A stretch of DNA of 64,000 nt from Squalus acanthias (Eukaryota), in assembly GCA_030390025.1 (NCBI GenBank), contig CM059433.1:20710001-20774000 (forward strand), in the 5' to 3' direction. The notes under the pieces are model-generated. The model worked only from the letters and a program-made list of their open reading frames with translations, was not told where the DNA came from and made no database searches. Every line of letters begins with the position of its first letter. Position 1 is the first letter of the stretch. The position numbers and the translations under genes were made by a program. Shown here in pieces: positions 63,530 to 64,000 of the stretch.

Positions 63530-63760
63530 CTTTCTGAAAAATGTCTCACTGATTGACAGACAAGGTGTGGACGCGTTAGTAGACTTTATTGTGGAGCATT
63601 GTGAGCAGATTTTCTGTGGGGGAGGACAGCCTCCAGCAAAGCAAAGAAGGCAACAAAGCATGTCAGAAAATAACGTTCAGGGCTGATGCACATCAAGGAC
63701 TTATCTGGCGCGGGGGGAACAGCATGACTTCAAAAAAGAACACCAAGTTACGGCAAGAAT
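63530..63760 (+). pseudogene. Possible ancient Myb/SANT-like (Harbinger/NAIF1-type) fragment
   Basis: DRQGVDALVDFIVEHCEQIF..PPAKQRRQ, then after a frameshift KACQKITFRADA...HDFKK, resembles the E..LV..V..R..LF / AW..I...VN / W.DLK pattern. Confidence 0.35.
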
Positions 63761-64000
63761 AATGCAGTGCATACTACACACAGAATGGAGCAAGTACGGT
63801 AGCAGAAGTGAAAATAGAATGGCTCACAAACTATGTTACTGAGGGAGTTAATTACATCATTTCAGAGTCCCGTGAAAGGACGGCTTTGAGCAGGAGACAG
63901 TGTGATATCTATTATAACTGTATTCAGTGCTGTTTTCAGTGGCGGAATGCTACAGGGAGTAATATAATGCAAAGCTTTCCTTTTATATTGTTTTGAAACA

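Noticed and set aside
63501..63686. LVDFIVEHCEQIF as a RhoGAP C-terminal exon of a nested gene
   Set aside because: No other RhoGAP motifs or convincing splice sites; the frameshifted continuation fits a decayed Myb/SANT-like fragment better. An HMMER search would decide.

Overview
Eukaryotic vertebrate genomic DNA. It is very likely from a cartilaginous fish (shark or ray), inferred from HE1/V-SINE-like and SacSINE1/DeuSINE-like repeats. The only host coding sequence I can support is one 195-bp exon (979-1173, +) encoding the first sushi/CCP domain of CSMD1. The rest (>62 kb) appears to be a single giant intron densely filled with transposable elements. These include two GIY-YIG Penelope-like retroelements (one with an uninterrupted 776-aa frame), CR1 and L2 LINE pieces, tRNA-derived SINEs, several PIF/Harbinger transposons (HARBI1-like transposase and Myb/SANT partner gene) with many derived MITEs, a hAT-type MITE and a TG..CA solo LTR, often nested 3-4 levels deep. 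The most interesting signals are four minimal hammerhead-ribozyme motifs in Penelope pLTR sequence, all antisense to CSMD1. Two of them lie in tiny (about 85 and 146 bp) stand-alone insertions with 12-bp target-site duplications. Most ORF-track entries are spurious or TE fragments. I found no convincing wholly novel multi-gene system. All family assignments are by recognition from memory, not database search.
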